The position numbers and the translations under genes were made by a program. A stretch of DNA of 64,000 bases from Tubiluchus corallicola (taxonomy: Eukaryota > Animalia > Priapulida): contig JAQGDQ010000162.1 of assembly GCA_030141605.1 (NCBI GenBank), positions 62,001 to 126,000 of the forward strand. Reading direction: 5' to 3'. Each line of letters starts with the position of its first letter. Positions within the stretch are counted from its first letter, which is position 1. This document shows, one piece after another, positions 28,901 through 41,699 of the stretch. The notes beneath the pieces are model-generated. The model did not search any database, had not been told where the DNA came from, and saw nothing but the letters and a program-made list of their open reading frames with translations.

Positions 28901-31900
28901 TATTTGGGGTTGACAGACATCAAATTACTGTTTTTACCCGAGTTTATTACTACTCACCAAAAATTCGTCAAAAGGTAAAACTTAAAATATACCACAAATA
29001 ATAGCATAAAGTTTCAAGCTATAATCAGTATATTCAGTAAGCTAGTGAAGAAATCTCTTTCTTTCCACGTGATAAGGAAGTATGAATAGCTCTATTGTTC
29101 AGAGAGAAAATCAATACTTTACATTTCAAGATTGCAAAAATCACGAACTAGAAAGAGATTTCTAAAACATGCTATAGTTTACAGTCACATTACCTTGCAT
29201 ATTGGTAATGATAACAATGACAACAATGATGATAAAAATGACAACAATGATGATAGCAATGACAAGAACAATGATAGCAATGACAAGGACAATGATAACA
29301 ATGACAAGAACAATGATAACAATGACAAGAACGGTGATAACAATGACAAGAACAATGATAACAATGACAACAACAATGATAACAATGGCACAAAAATAGC
29401 TTATTATGCCGTTAAATTTGATAGCAAAGTTTTGCTTGCACTACTTTTGCATAAACACAGAAAAATATGTCTTTATGCTAGCCTCAAAGTATGTCGACCT
29501 CATTGGGACAACTACGGCCTGCCACTTAAAAGTTTTTCACAATTTTCTCATCTAATGACCGCCTTTCCGACCAGGATATTTGGGGTTGACAGACATCAAA
29601 TTACTGTTTTTACCCGAGTTTATTACTACTCACCAAAAATTCGTCAAAAGGTAAAACTTAAAATATACCACAAATAATAGCATAAAGTTTCAAGCTATAA
29701 TCAGTATATTCAGTAAGCTAGTGAAGAAATCTCTTTCTTTCCACGTGATAAGGAAGTATGAATAGCTCTATTGTTCAGAGAGAAAATCAATACTTTACAT
29801 TTCAAGATTGCAAAAATCACGAACTAGAAAGAAAGACCTGATGTTGTCATTGTTACAACTGATGTTATTGTGATAACTATAATAAAAGAAGACAAACATT
29901 AAAACAATGAGATTTATACAAAAATACTGGATGTCTCAAGTGCCATAGTCACCATTAAAGAAAAGCACAAGTTTTTCTAACACCTAATGTTTACATAAGC
30001 ATAAAGCCTACATTAGATTAAAAGCGATCATGGAGGCCAAAGGACAGAAGTATAGCAAGTAAACTTTAAATAAATACAAAGGAAATACAGTAAAAACACA
30101 GAAACTAGAAAACAGCTTGAAAGAATAAGACTACTAAGCACACTAAGAATAGGATTACTACTTAATAATAGGTACTCTGACCTAATAATGAAAGAAAGAT
30201 GTTCTACAGGTTGTTCTTAACTGACTCTATACCGTATTTTTGGTTTCCATAAATAGCTTTAATTTGTTATTATTTCTACACATGTTCGTGTCAGAATGTC
30301 TAAGTTTTATTTTCTTTCCTATTTTTTAAAGTTATTTTTAAAAAGTGTGCATTACTGTAACAATTTTTTAAAATAAAATCATAGAGATGTTAAACAGATC
30401 ATTTGGTTCAAAGTCTGCCTTTTACACTAAAGGACAGCGCCAAATCTTTGCCGGTATATTACTGATTTGAAATCTTATTAATATAAGATACAAGAACACA
30501 TATGCCAACTCTTATCTACATGAAAAATTCCGTAATACAAACAAACGTTGGCAGTAAGTCATACGCACATTGCATAAGGGAGTATCTCCATAAAAGGGAC
30601 ATACAGAACTTCAGGCATTTTTTCTCTAATGACTAATCTACTTCCTTGTCCATCAATCATTATTATTCCAAACACACACCGGTCTCAGACAACGTTCATC
30701 ACTCATACGCCCCCCCCCCTTCACAGTATCCATGACTTTTTACATAAGCAGCTAGACCACCTTTTACCCTCTAGCCTTTCCAATGTGTAACACCAACACA
30801 TCCTGCATTAACAAAGCAAATATACTTATGCTGTTAGTCTGCTACACGTGCTTTATTAAAAATAGTGGATGGTAAAGATACGTGCTCTACGCCCAAAGAT
30901 TCTACTCAAACTACTGCTTTATTAATCAAAGTAAAAGTCAACATTTTGCAAGATCTTATATCAAGTGCAAACATAGTTTCACACATCCAGTGACATTACT
31001 ATAATAATAAATTAATATAAAGCTGCCGGCACAAACACTTCCATAGTAGCTACATTTTGAAAACCGGCTAAGTAAGTTTGCCCTTTGTATCATTAACCAG
31101 TAATACCAGACTGTACGGTTGTTAAACGAGTCTAAATAAATTTCTCTAATACGGTGATCAAAGTTTGCACAAGATAAATGAACCAGAACGCTTTTTCAAA
31201 CATTACGCAGTTCAACATTCTGTCACTTGCCTGCTAAAATTCTAGACGACCAGGAAAAGAGCATTTAACAAAAGTATAAAGTGTTCTTTTATTTTTACTA
31301 GGTTAGTTGTCAACTTTCTCTGTTTGCCAAGTCTCAAGTCTTTTACATGCACTTTTACTATAAGCGAGGCCTAATACTGATGGTTTTAGTAGGACTGGAA
31401 TCTTGCATAATAATAATAATAATAATAATGACGGCGGCGACGATGACGACCACAACAACAACAACAACAACAGCAACAATAATAAATAATAATGAAACAA
31501 CTGCCAGGCAGTGTTGTTAGCGACCACGAAAAAATTAATTGTGATGACGACCACAATCATCAGGAATTTTTAATTGCGATGCCGAATGCAATCAACTGAT
31601 TTACTACGTGATATACATAAATTCACAAATTCAAGCAAACCGGTACTTTTGTTTACACGTTTGGTTGTATTTGCATTTACGTATTCTAGACTTTGCCGAA
31701 GCTGTAGACTTTTCCATTAACTTTTCAAATTGACTTTCATACTTGATACAGTAGTTTCGGCCCACACAATTAAAATACCATTAGAAATTTTCCCATTGCA
31801 ATTCAGACTGCGTATGCCAGATAAGTGTTTGGCAAGTATTTATTTTATATCAAAATACAACTGCAAAATACTCTGTATGACTTTTGAAAACTATGAAGGT

Positions 31901-34900
31901 TAGAAAGAAATGATCACTCAGAATTACGATGTGATCACAATCAATGATCACATCTGAGAAAGAAACTGCAATGAATTTATGCGGTCACACAATTTGGTCA
32001 TTTTCGATTGCAGTCATTACAATCCTGCCATGCCAGGACTAAGTTTTCCTGATGGTCAGAATCTGTTTACCAGGTTAGGCCAAGCAAGCATTGCTTAATC
32101 AAATCATGAGGCAAAGTTCTGTGACACTCAACTATAGACTCCTATTAATAACATGCTTTACAATAATATGTTCAAGAAGTTTTTTATTTTATATACATCC
32201 AGATTTCAAACATAGCTAAAACGTCTTTCATAGATCAGTAGATCAGTGCCTCATCCAAATTTATTTTTCTTGATAATAAGCAAAGTTTTGGTCCCTCCAC
32301 AAGCACCTGCATTAATTAAATCAGTACTGTCACTGAGTGTAGAGTGTTAGTCCTGCATAACACTGACATCAGTGCAAAAATCAGAAATCGAATACACCTA
32401 CGTGTTAATCCAGTCTGAAAACGCCACTTCCTCCTCGTGTCTAACAGAGTGGGTTGTTCCCTCATTTGAGACCTCCGACATGCCGCCCAATGTGTCGAGG
32501 TTCGTGCGCTTTGAAACAAGCTTCTTGAACTTCGTGGCAATGTCTTTAGACCGTAAGCTGATGCACAGCTGCCAAATAGAAACTCAAATTAGCTTAGAAA
32601 ATAAGCGACACGCTTATTACTACTCATAGAAAAAAAATAGCAAAACTGGATCGTAAAAACACAGATTAAACCAGGCTTTAACGTGGATTATGAAGCAGCT
32701 CACTGCACACTACCAAAAGCACAGCCATTTTTCTTTTTCATAAACTCCGGCACACTACAAACAGGATTTCGGCATTCAGTGGCACAGCTTGATTAATAAT
32801 GTTTGTGGCAAAACTAGAACAATGCTCTTTACGAATGCTAATTCCCTATTATGAAAAAATGAACAGGTGTAGACTGTATGTACATCCTTGGTCTATGATA
32901 TCAAAATCATAATTAGTATGGCAAATGAAACTGCCTAAAGTGAACAGTGCAAACTATTATGCAAAACTAGCACATGTGACCACTCAGCCATGCACAATAC
33001 CATACTGCAAAAGAACACCGAAACATAACATTATCAAGCAGATTATAAATAAAACCAAAGTTCAGTGATATAAACATTGTTTCAGTTTTAGTCCTCCTTA
33101 ACTATGTCGAGTCAGAATCTTTTAGTTTTATTAATACTTTCATAGTACCCAAGCTTTCATAGCGAGACACGACAAACAACAGGACTATTTTTATTTATGC
33201 TAAAGCTCCACAAACCACTAAAATCCTTTTTGCAAAAGAAAAACAGAAATACACAGTCAGAGTCCCTACCTGCTCAAATTCCTCAAAGCTGAGTTTCCCA
33301 TTGCCTTCCCCTTCCTTGTCGAGGTCAAACTCTTGCACCAGTTGGCGAACACGGAATGGTGGCACTTTTATGCTCACAGAGTTGAGGGCATCGCCAAGTT
33401 CATCAACAGTTAGGTAGCCACTGCCATCAGCATCAATCTACAAAAGGTACAAAATTTGCTAGTACATGTAAATGAAAAATACCAATCAGCAATATAGTGG
33501 CCTGTTTCATACAACTAAAGGAGAACTAAGCCAACTCAGGTCATCTTCCTTTGCTACTGTTTTAACTCTAACTTATACAAACTGATGAAATAACTGACAG
33601 CTTTCACAAATTGTTTAACTTACATCTTTTCATTATAAATTCATTAACATTTTATTTGACATTTGACACCAATTTGACATTTTATCATTTGAATGAAATT
33701 AAACCTAAATGAAATTGTATGTTTTAAAGCAGTTTCAATCCAGAGTTCAGTTTTTTATAAACCCCATACACTAGAATATCTGGAGTAGAAAAAACACAGA
33801 TCTGATTCATTTCCTATTAAAACAATGTGAAAATTTTCTGGCACATGCATAACTGATGCACCAATGATTTTTCAGACCACAACTATAACATAAATCAGAA
33901 CAGGTCTACCTAAAGCAGAAAACTGAGTAATGTGGTTAAAACAATCAGATCAACTGAACGCCAGGCAACATATGGACCAAAGCATGCATAATTCACTAAA
34001 AGATCCAGAATTTAATGAGGTGTAAAAAAACCTAAAAGCTGTTATCAGTATGACTAATGGGACAGGCAATGCATGCTAAAATCCACAGTTTATCTGGCAA
34101 TCAGCAAAGGTAAAATTTACTTTTGGACATAGAAATCGCTACGCTATACCACAAAACTGAGCTCATAAAAGCTACACCTGGATCACATATATCTTAATTT
34201 ATTTCAGTTTACTGTGCATCAGCAAAAATGATACTAGGGCTGTCACCTTTACACGCGCAAACAAAAGCATTTTGTTTGGTGACTCTACACGTTTACTGAC
34301 TTTTGTAAATGATAATCGGGTCCCTTCATCTTTTCTTTACTTATGACATAACCTAACAATAGCTGATGAACTGTTTTCTTTTACAAGATCATCATCGTGC
34401 ACACATATACAATGTGTACACAGTGTACATAATATTGTACACTGATAAACTTACTATGATCATTTATTTTTATTAATATGTATTTTCAGCTACTAGTAGC
34501 TAATACATTAGCGAGACGTATGCGAATTTATTTAATCCTGGAATTGAAGTATTGAACTAGTAGATAGACTACTAGCTTTGGACATTCCAAGTTGGTAATA
34601 ACCAGTGGTAGCTAGTCTGCACAGCCAAGCCTGACGTTTTTTCACCTTCCAAGTCTGTAACAGTAAATCACCCTTGATCACCTTTCTTACCTGTCCATCT
34701 AAAATTTCCCTCACACTGCAGTTGAAATTTTTGCATAAAAGGCTTCCTTTACGTAAAACAAGCACGCTAAAATAAGTGAAAATAGGGTATGCGACAGCTG
34801 TGGCTTACCCTGACTTTCTTAATTTTATAAAGTAGACAAATTCGCCAGAACTTTGCATTAACGGTGCCGTGTAAACGTTTACTCAATTTAACAAACATGA

Positions 34901-35598
34901 CAACCCTAGTCAAAAAACATCTTTTTCATTCCCTACCCACCTCAGACATATATATATATAACAGTTTTAAAGTCATAACTTCTCTAAATTCATATTTTAT
35001 AACTGTGCCATTTTTCCAATGATTTCATTGTGCCATTTTTACTAGTGGCATTTTACCGTGCACCAAAACGAATAAAAGAGAATTGGCAGTATACGAGTTA
35101 CATTAACTTTTGGTATGAATCCATCCTTACAACTCTTAGCACATATTTTCCGTATGAAGAGTGGGGTGGTGGCGACTGGTGACTTATCTTAGCCCATTAT
35201 CTTAGTTACACGAACACTACACCGACTAGCCAACAGGAGGCTGTCCAATACTTTACTACAAGATGCAATACAAAATTGGTGCTGATTATGGGTGTATTAT
35301 GCATTTATCTGTGCGCTTCTGCATATTTTCTTGTCTTTCATAGAACAGCTTTTATGTAAAAACGAAAATTGTTTATCTCCAATCCTTACATGAATCAGCG
35401 ATGAGTAATCCAACTTAGCTCACACGGTAATTAACAAAATTATTTAGACTTATTTTTTAAACTAAGCACGTTCTTGTATTTTTCTTTAAATTTTAATGTT
35501 ACATAATGCTAGCATCATTGTAACTTACTCACCGTATTAAATAGATGTGACAATTCTTCTCGCTGTTCGGCTGTCAACTCCAAATTCTCATCCGCCAT
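14546..35598 (-). CDS. PLS3: Plastin/fimbrin actin-bundling protein (2 EF-hands + 4 CH domains), 635 aa, 13 coding exons
   Basis: Exons in transcript order: 35533-35598, 33270-33437, 32402-32568, 28304-28399, 24389-24596, 23123-23308, 21661-21735, 20134-20347, 18776-18864, 18030-18219, 17254-17363, 15885-16028, 14546-14740. All introns GT-AG, phases consistent, total 1908 nt. Motifs [79 protein letters not shown]. The symbol denotes the family; an invertebrate gene would be co-orthologous to PLS1/LCP1/PLS3. Confidence 0.96.
15244..15762 (+). mobile_element. T2/Kolobok-type MITE, full-length, in last plastin intron
   Basis: TTAA on both sides (15240-15243, 15763-15766). TIRs AGGAACGGACAAGTCA and reverse complement AGGAAAGGAAAGGTCA. 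Three more copies in the window. Confidence 0.85.
18995..19070 (+). mobile_element. tRNA-derived SINE head / tRNA-like relic
   Basis: A-box-like GTAGCTCAGCTGG and B-box-like GGGTTCAAATCC at tRNA-like spacing, followed by a T run; no intact cloverleaf. Confidence 0.5.
19640..20070 (+). mobile_element. L2/CR1-clade LINE 3' fragment
   Basis: Frameshifted [14 protein letters not shown](W)NRLP...LKVHLF, typical of the L2/CR1 ORF2 C-terminus, followed by an L2-like tail (tgtaaagaacatcgag...cattacataaat). Confidence 0.65.
20865..21085 (+). mobile_element. L2-like LINE extreme 3' end
   Basis: [18 protein letters not shown] remnant plus tail gttcagcgtgctgag...gtgctatataaataaa and short (CATT) repeats. 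Confidence 0.6.
21866..22490 (+). mobile_element. Rex1/Babar-like (CR1 group) LINE 3' fragment in plastin intron, antisense to host
   Basis: [21 protein letters not shown]...KRLHF...VKESILM...[17 protein letters not shown]...[19 protein letters not shown]...TTRTLNFF.P resembles the post-RT C-terminus of Rex1-type LINEs; (TTAC)n tail at about 22474-22489. Confidence 0.8.
22643..23109 (-). mobile_element. T2/Kolobok-type MITE copy
   Basis: Homologous to 15244-15762 in reverse orientation; terminus CCT followed by TTAA at 23107-23113. Confidence 0.7.
25776..26007. repeat. Compound trinucleotide microsatellite (TAA)n-(TAG)n-(CAA)n
   Basis: Directly visible; explains the poly-C/Y/L ORFs. Confidence 0.98.
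27480..27934. mobile_element. Probable non-autonomous DNA transposon fragment with TTTCCCTGAC subterminal repeats
   Basis: Multiple tttccctgact/tttccatgact/tttccacgact units ending in gggaacctg (CAGG terminus on the minus strand). Confidence 0.5.
28482..29832. repeat. 676-bp direct tandem duplication (28482-29157 / 29158-29832), each copy containing an AAC/GAT-rich minisatellite
   Basis: The two copies read identical at offset 676, and the ORF track shows duplicated identical ORFs. Confidence 0.95.
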
Positions 35599-36585
35599 CT
35601 TGACTGGGTTGTCGTCGGTATTTAGCAAAAACTTCCTGCTAAATGACGACGAAGAATAACCTTTTCCGCTTCGACCATGAAAACGTATCTATGATCAAAT
35701 TTGCTCAGACCGGTTCCGAAAAAACACGTGAGAATGGGATCAGGCCAGAACGCCTGCAGAATGGTTTGGCAAATACAGTGTAGGTAAAAATTTTTATTAG
35801 TGAACATGAAAGTTTATCAAAGTTAGAACAACGATATGAAACACTGTAGAATGCAGAGTCTGCAAAAATAGTGTAAAAGACAAATGTAAAACTACTGCTA
35901 TTTATCAATGCAAAAACATTCCAAACTGACCAGGATTAAACTTAGCCTATGTACAAGTCATAGACGTCTTGAAATGCTATAACCATTTTCATTCCGCATT
36001 AATTATTCATCAAAATGTCAAAAATCTACTTTTAAATTTTGTTTCAAAACTAACATATTTTAAAAAAGCTAGAATTTAGCATGTCACACACAAAGACAGC
36101 TCATATGGTGCGTAAATAAATAAATCATTGTTACCTACTAACTTCGTTCTAGGATTGTAGCTAATACAAAATAATATTATATTTTCATTAACATCGAATA
36201 TGATCCCAACGTACACTGCAAAACAAATCCACACTGCATGGACATATTAGGTAGTTTTTTACAAATGCAATATTATAGTGTCACAAATAGTGGTGAGCAT
36301 TAAACATTCAAGTTTGCATGTTTGAATAAAAGTTGATCAAAAGTTCTAATTCAACTCAATTGAGTTTTTCCAGTTCCAACTTGATTCGCACCTAAATTTA
36401 TAGATTAATTCGAGTAGTTCACCACTTTAAGCGCATTCCATTTTTTATCAGCGAAATTTTTAAAAGAACGAAAACAGCACATGCAATCAGCAAAATTTAG
36501 CTGCAATTTCCGTACACAATTTATAAACAAATATTAGTGTTAGAATGTGAAAGAAAGCTCTTCTGAGATTTGCCATCTTTAATAT

Positions 36586-36768
36586 GAATGCCCTTTATAG
36601 TCTCATATTATTTTTATTTCAGGAGCTTTTGACTAATAAGACTTTTCAGCAGAATGGATTTGCTGCTAACCTGAGAGTCAGCAAACAATCTATTCCACCC
36701 ACGAAGCCCATTGGGGCGAAAGGTCCTGAAATAGATAAATAATCAATGTGAGACAATAAAGGGCATTC
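36586..36768. mobile_element. Foldback/palindromic MITE-like element
   Basis: Left arm GAATGCCCTTTATAGTCTCATATT...TTTCAGGA...GAATGGATTTGCTG matches the reverse complement of the right arm along nearly its whole length. Confidence 0.7.
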
Positions 36769-37349
36769 TCGTTTTTATGATAAATATTAATGTTTTTACT
36801 GCATACAAAATCAAGCAACATGAATGCTCTTAGCGATACTGCCTTTCATTAATGCTTGGAGTACCTTTAAAACAGAAGTAGATTTCGATTTGGATTCGAG
36901 TTCGAAAGTCAGATATTTGATTCGATTGGAATTTGCTTTCTGACAGAGAATGTTCATTCCTAGTCAGAAATGTTCTGAACAGCATCCAGTGATAGAACCA
37001 TAAAACATTTCATCACAAAACCGAAATGCTCAACAGGCGAGGTTTGTAAACTTATGTTTTAAACCTTGGTACTACCAAAGCAAAGAAATCCCAAGAATTC
37101 AAGTCTTCTCTGCGTATGCACCAGTTCGTGGTAGTTAGGATCATCTTAAGAGATGAGCAATATGAGCACAGAAGAAAAATGTGATCTGTCTTTGATCCTA
37201 TGTTATTAGCAAGTCAGGGATGATAAAGTTTCAATAAAATATCATTTTCATATAATCTGTTTTTGTTCCATTGGCCTTAATAAGAGCAATTTGTGCTTAA
37301 GTTGGTTCAAAATTCTTGATCATACTTAATCTTACTGTTTTTCATTGAG

Positions 37350-38385
37350 TTATTATTTATTTATTTATATTTATTTACTCTTATTTATTCTCAGCAACTT
37401 TAACTCTTAATAACTCCTAAGTATTTCAAGCTAGGGTCACCAAACTCGCAGGGTTTGTAGCCCTGCGCATGGAATGTACAACTGTATGGTGACAATTGGC
37501 CACTGATCAAGGGGGGAAGGGCATGGACGTCAGTCACTTTTTCCTTTAGGTCGCATCTCTTCCTAGAGCTTTTGATTTCTTGAAATTTTTTTCACAAGTA
37601 TTTGGGCACTGTGAGGGGAGGTGTGTACCAGGGATTTTAAAAAGCTTGCAAGTTTTAAACGCCCGAGGGAGGGGCCAAAATGCAAAATTTGGGGTCCCCT
37701 CAGTTGGTGACCTCTTAGATATTGAGGGCTAGGGACACAAAATTCACAGGGTACACTCATTGGGCAAAGTTATCTACGTATACGGTGACCCGAGTTGCTG
37801 GGTCAAAGGTCACGGAGCGGGCTTGTCTTCATTTATTTTTCTTTAGAATCCATCTGCTCTATAGTTTTTAAGACAATATTTGATATGTGGTTAGGCGGGG
37901 ACAGGTTGTTGGATATGGCAGAATATTGGTCATTTGGAAAGAGGTAAAAATTTACCCTATGAAGCAAAAACCGAAAAATGGGGGTTGGGAGCAGAAATGC
38001 ATCAAGTGTCTTGGAATATTATCTTGTAGCATATCAAATGAAAGGTCTCGATGAGGCGCGTTGAATGGCAGAGGTTACAATGAGATTAGCTAATCCGCGA
38101 CCCCGTTAGGAGAAAAAACCGAAAAATGGGGGTCGGGAACTGAAGTGCACCGAATGTTGAGCAATGATGCCTTGTGGCACATCAAATGAAAGGTCTCGAT
38201 GCGGCAGATTGAATGGCATAGGCTGCAACGAGAATAGCTAATTTGTGACCCCTCTAGGGGGCAAAAACCGAAACATTAAGGTCGGGAACAGAAATGCATC
38301 GAGTGTCTACGAATAGTACCATGTAGCATATTAAATGAAAGGTCTTGATGAGTCGAATCGAATGATATGGGTAATATATGGGTTA
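37350..38385. mobile_element. Composite interspersed repeat with internal ~148-bp tandem units (HINE/Helentron-like non-autonomous element, tentative)
   Basis: TTTA microsatellite, a GC-richer body with ggtcaaaggtcac, then about 2.7 units carrying ccgaaa at 37971, 38119 and 38268 and cat(a/c)tcaaatgaaaggtctcgatg-like motifs. Confidence 0.6.
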
Positions 38386-38800
38386 TAGTGTGAATAGTGT
38401 TAACTTAATCAAGTTATTTTAATTTTACATACTATTAAAAAATAATAGTCTTTCTATCTTTTATATCATTCCATATATGAGTTTCATTCATTACATCATT
38501 CCATTTTAAGCACTAACGTTTTTTTTTATCACGATTCACTTTAAATTTTCAGATTATCTCCATTACTTTTTTTTTCTCTATCACTGTGTGGGACAATCTA
38601 ACAAGCCCTGCTTTTTGATTGCCCACAACACATTTACATTCGTGTATAAGTAAATAGTGCTTGAGGCTTTTCTGTGCAGTATTTTTTATTTGTATTATAT
38701 CCATTGTAGGCCCTTTCACTGATATTGTATATGTAACCTGTAAATGTGTATGGTGAAATAAATGACTATGACTATGACTATACTTTAGTTTTTTGGAACA

Positions 38801-39440
38801 AATTGAGTCGTTAACCGTACTGGCAGCACCCGTTGTCCTTGTTTATTTAATAATAATAGCTGAAAACGTCAAAAACGTTGAATAATTTATTATATATCTG
38901 GTAAAAGAAAAGAATCTTACTTTGAGTTAGTAAAATTTCCAATATTAAATTTGTCTTCGATATTAATCTTTTTGAAGTGAAATAAGCCCACTGCTTAGGC
39001 GATTCCAACATATCAGCTTAAGGTATATCATTTTCATTTTGTCTCGCTTCACAGACAGGTGACCAGTTTCACTACCTCTTGGACAAATAATTGTTTTCTA
39101 CTAAGTAAATGGGCTAGCGAGCTATGTGCCCTACATAGTTTCTCTCTTTAAAGCATTAGATACTTAGTTGAATGTTATGATGATATTAATGGAGCTAATA
39201 ATAATGATGATATTACTGTAAAAAACACATTGCAAATTGCCAAGGAGTATCCATCATTATTATAAAGTTACTTTTTTCTAAAACAAGTTTAGTTTTACGT
39301 TTCATTATGTCATAATTCTCGACAGAAATCGCCAGTGTCCTACTTGGGCTGCCCATGTACGACACTGCTTTTCCGCAAATTTAGCACATGCGTTTTACCG
39401 GAAGTGTCTTACTTCGGCTAGTGGATTACTCGGCGCCCTA
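38801..39440 (-). mobile_element. Truncated copy of the TAGGG-terminal MITE found at 59370-60058
   Basis: About 640 bp of reverse-complement similarity to 59370-59975; ends ...gtggattactcggcgcccta. Confidence 0.85.
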
Positions 39441-40687
39441 CAAGGATTAGCTGCTGCTGCATGGGTTTTAGAATTAAAGTGATTTGAGTATAGGTCTAAC
39501 TTACCGTGATATTAATCTAAAAATAAGAGGGCAGGTGACACTGGCATGCAGACTTGTGCAAAACTGTGTATATATCCCATTTAAATGAGAGTATTTTGTA
39601 TTTTAGAAGAGTTCGTTATTTTTGTTGAGTTAACGGTAAACTTGAAATTTATGCTCGCGAATGGGACGTCTCACTGTTTACCACGTCGCCACAACCGGCC
39701 ACAATGCTGGTTCATCGATTCTTTTAGTTTTCCACTTTACCTATTATATGTTGTTTTTAAAATGAGCGAAACCAAAGGAGACACACCCCTGGTTTACATT
39801 ATCGTTTGCTAAAATGTGACAGCATTTGATTTCAAAAATATCTAGTCTACAAGAGCATCAACAAATAGAGGGAATGTATTTTGTACATAGTTTTTAAAAA
39901 TAAAGAATTATAATAAAAATAATAATGAAAGCATCTAAACAATAGAAGTGTGTCACAAAAAATCTATTTACATCAAAACTTATAGTGCCAGTACAACTGC
40001 AAATGGGGTTGGTGTGCTTCATAATAAACCAATGTAGAATGTGCTTTTTAGCCATTTATACTCGGTGCCAACTTGAAAACAGCTAGATCAGTTAATGCGC
40101 CAAATGATGTACATATGATTATCAATATCAAGACTAGTGTAACCATTTTTGCTTTATCTCTTGCAAAATAATGTGATAATAAATAATGAACTCAGCACCA
40201 TTTTACATACGTTAAATGAGTTAAAGTTGCTCCCAATTTTAATTATTATTATTATTTAATAATTACTTCATTTCTTACAAAAATTTTAGATGTTTTAGAA
40301 GTTACAAGGTAATCACCAACTAGGCATTGGTTGGGGATTCCTTGAAAGTTTAGCCTATTAGGCAAAGTGATTCATAGAGCAACACAGAAATAATGTAGGT
40401 GTCATCGAGTCCGGTGCAATGTGCATCGGTGCCGGCACCCAAAAATCTCCTGTACATTGTGTCTGGCACTCAAACAGCCATTACCAATTTGTCTTCACCT
40501 AAATGGTTGTTTACAAATGGTCTGTCTACTAATCTTGCAACTTGTAAAGTAAGCAACATATGACATGGATCACTCTTTGTGTTGACTGCGATATGCACAT
40601 TTTTTGCTTCACCTTTTCTTCAACATATAATAGCAACTGCACCACCTACATGCTTTTCCTGACAAAACAGTTGGTCATTAATTTGTA

Positions 40688-41085
40688 CAGTAAATCCTCA
40701 CTTAACGATACTAACGAATTCTAACTTTATGCATCATTAATTGAAACATCGCTGAACGAAACAATCCTTCCATAAGAAATAAAGTAAAAGCATTCAGTTG
40801 CATTCCTGGATCAAAAATCAATAATGCATGGGTGATAAATTAAACACTTTATAAGCATTATTGCTTACAGTTCTACATTGCCTATGAAACATAGATCATG
40901 GTAGGTATCTTCTTGTTATCAGTTTAGTTGGGCAAATTATTATCTGCCTATAATAACCATACCATGGTCTACGTTAAGTAGTGGCCGTCATTTATAGACT
41001 GTGAGAGCAGTAAACAAAATTTATGGCTTAAAGTAAGGTTAAAAATCACCGTTAAAATGAAATATGTCGTTAAGCGGGGCGTCTA
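40688..41085. mobile_element. pogo/Tigger-like (Tc1-mariner) MITE remnant
   Basis: TA followed by CAGTAAATCCTCACTTAACGA at the left end; gtcgttaagcgggg at the right end; termini related to the 43035-43806 element. Confidence 0.6.
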
Positions 41086-41699
41086 ACCAAATTTGTTCAT
41101 GAATTTTGATTCCTTCGCATATGCACAATAATCGTAACTGGTTGAGCTGTTTAGATTTTCTATAGCTTCCTTGCATTTCTTTATTTTTTCAGGTTGGAGA
41201 TCGATGTTCTTCATTTGTCTGATTGTCACAGGTGTAGGAATGTGGTTCATTTCTCTAATGCTTTTAAATAATCAGAAGATTTTGACTTTTTTAATCCATG
41301 GTTTTGATTTCATAGCGTGAAACAACTTCATTGTTCTGATACTAGTGGTAAAACATTCAATATGTATATTGAAATTCTAATGATGGGACTGTTACTATGT
41401 GAATCCAGTGGATCTAATAGCTGGGACAGCTTTTTATAAATAATCATTTTTATGTACCGGTAGCTACCAACTAGTTTACCATGGATGAAGCTCTTAACCA
41501 TCACCTAGTGGTTAAACGTCAATTGTCAATATCAGACTCCCATTATAAGAACCAATGCAATTGTAAATTTGTGCATTGTTTAAGCTTTCAAATGTGCTTA
41601 TGCTGTTTTTGGGTGTTCTCTCATTCTTACGTGAGATGATTCATATGCGAATTGTTGTGAGATACGTAAAATTTAAGCGTGTTAACTGCCGTGCCTAAA

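Noticed and set aside
28509-29677. N/D-rich, CH-rich and MT-rich ORFs as genes
   Set aside because: They are translations of an intronic minisatellite within the 676-bp duplication.
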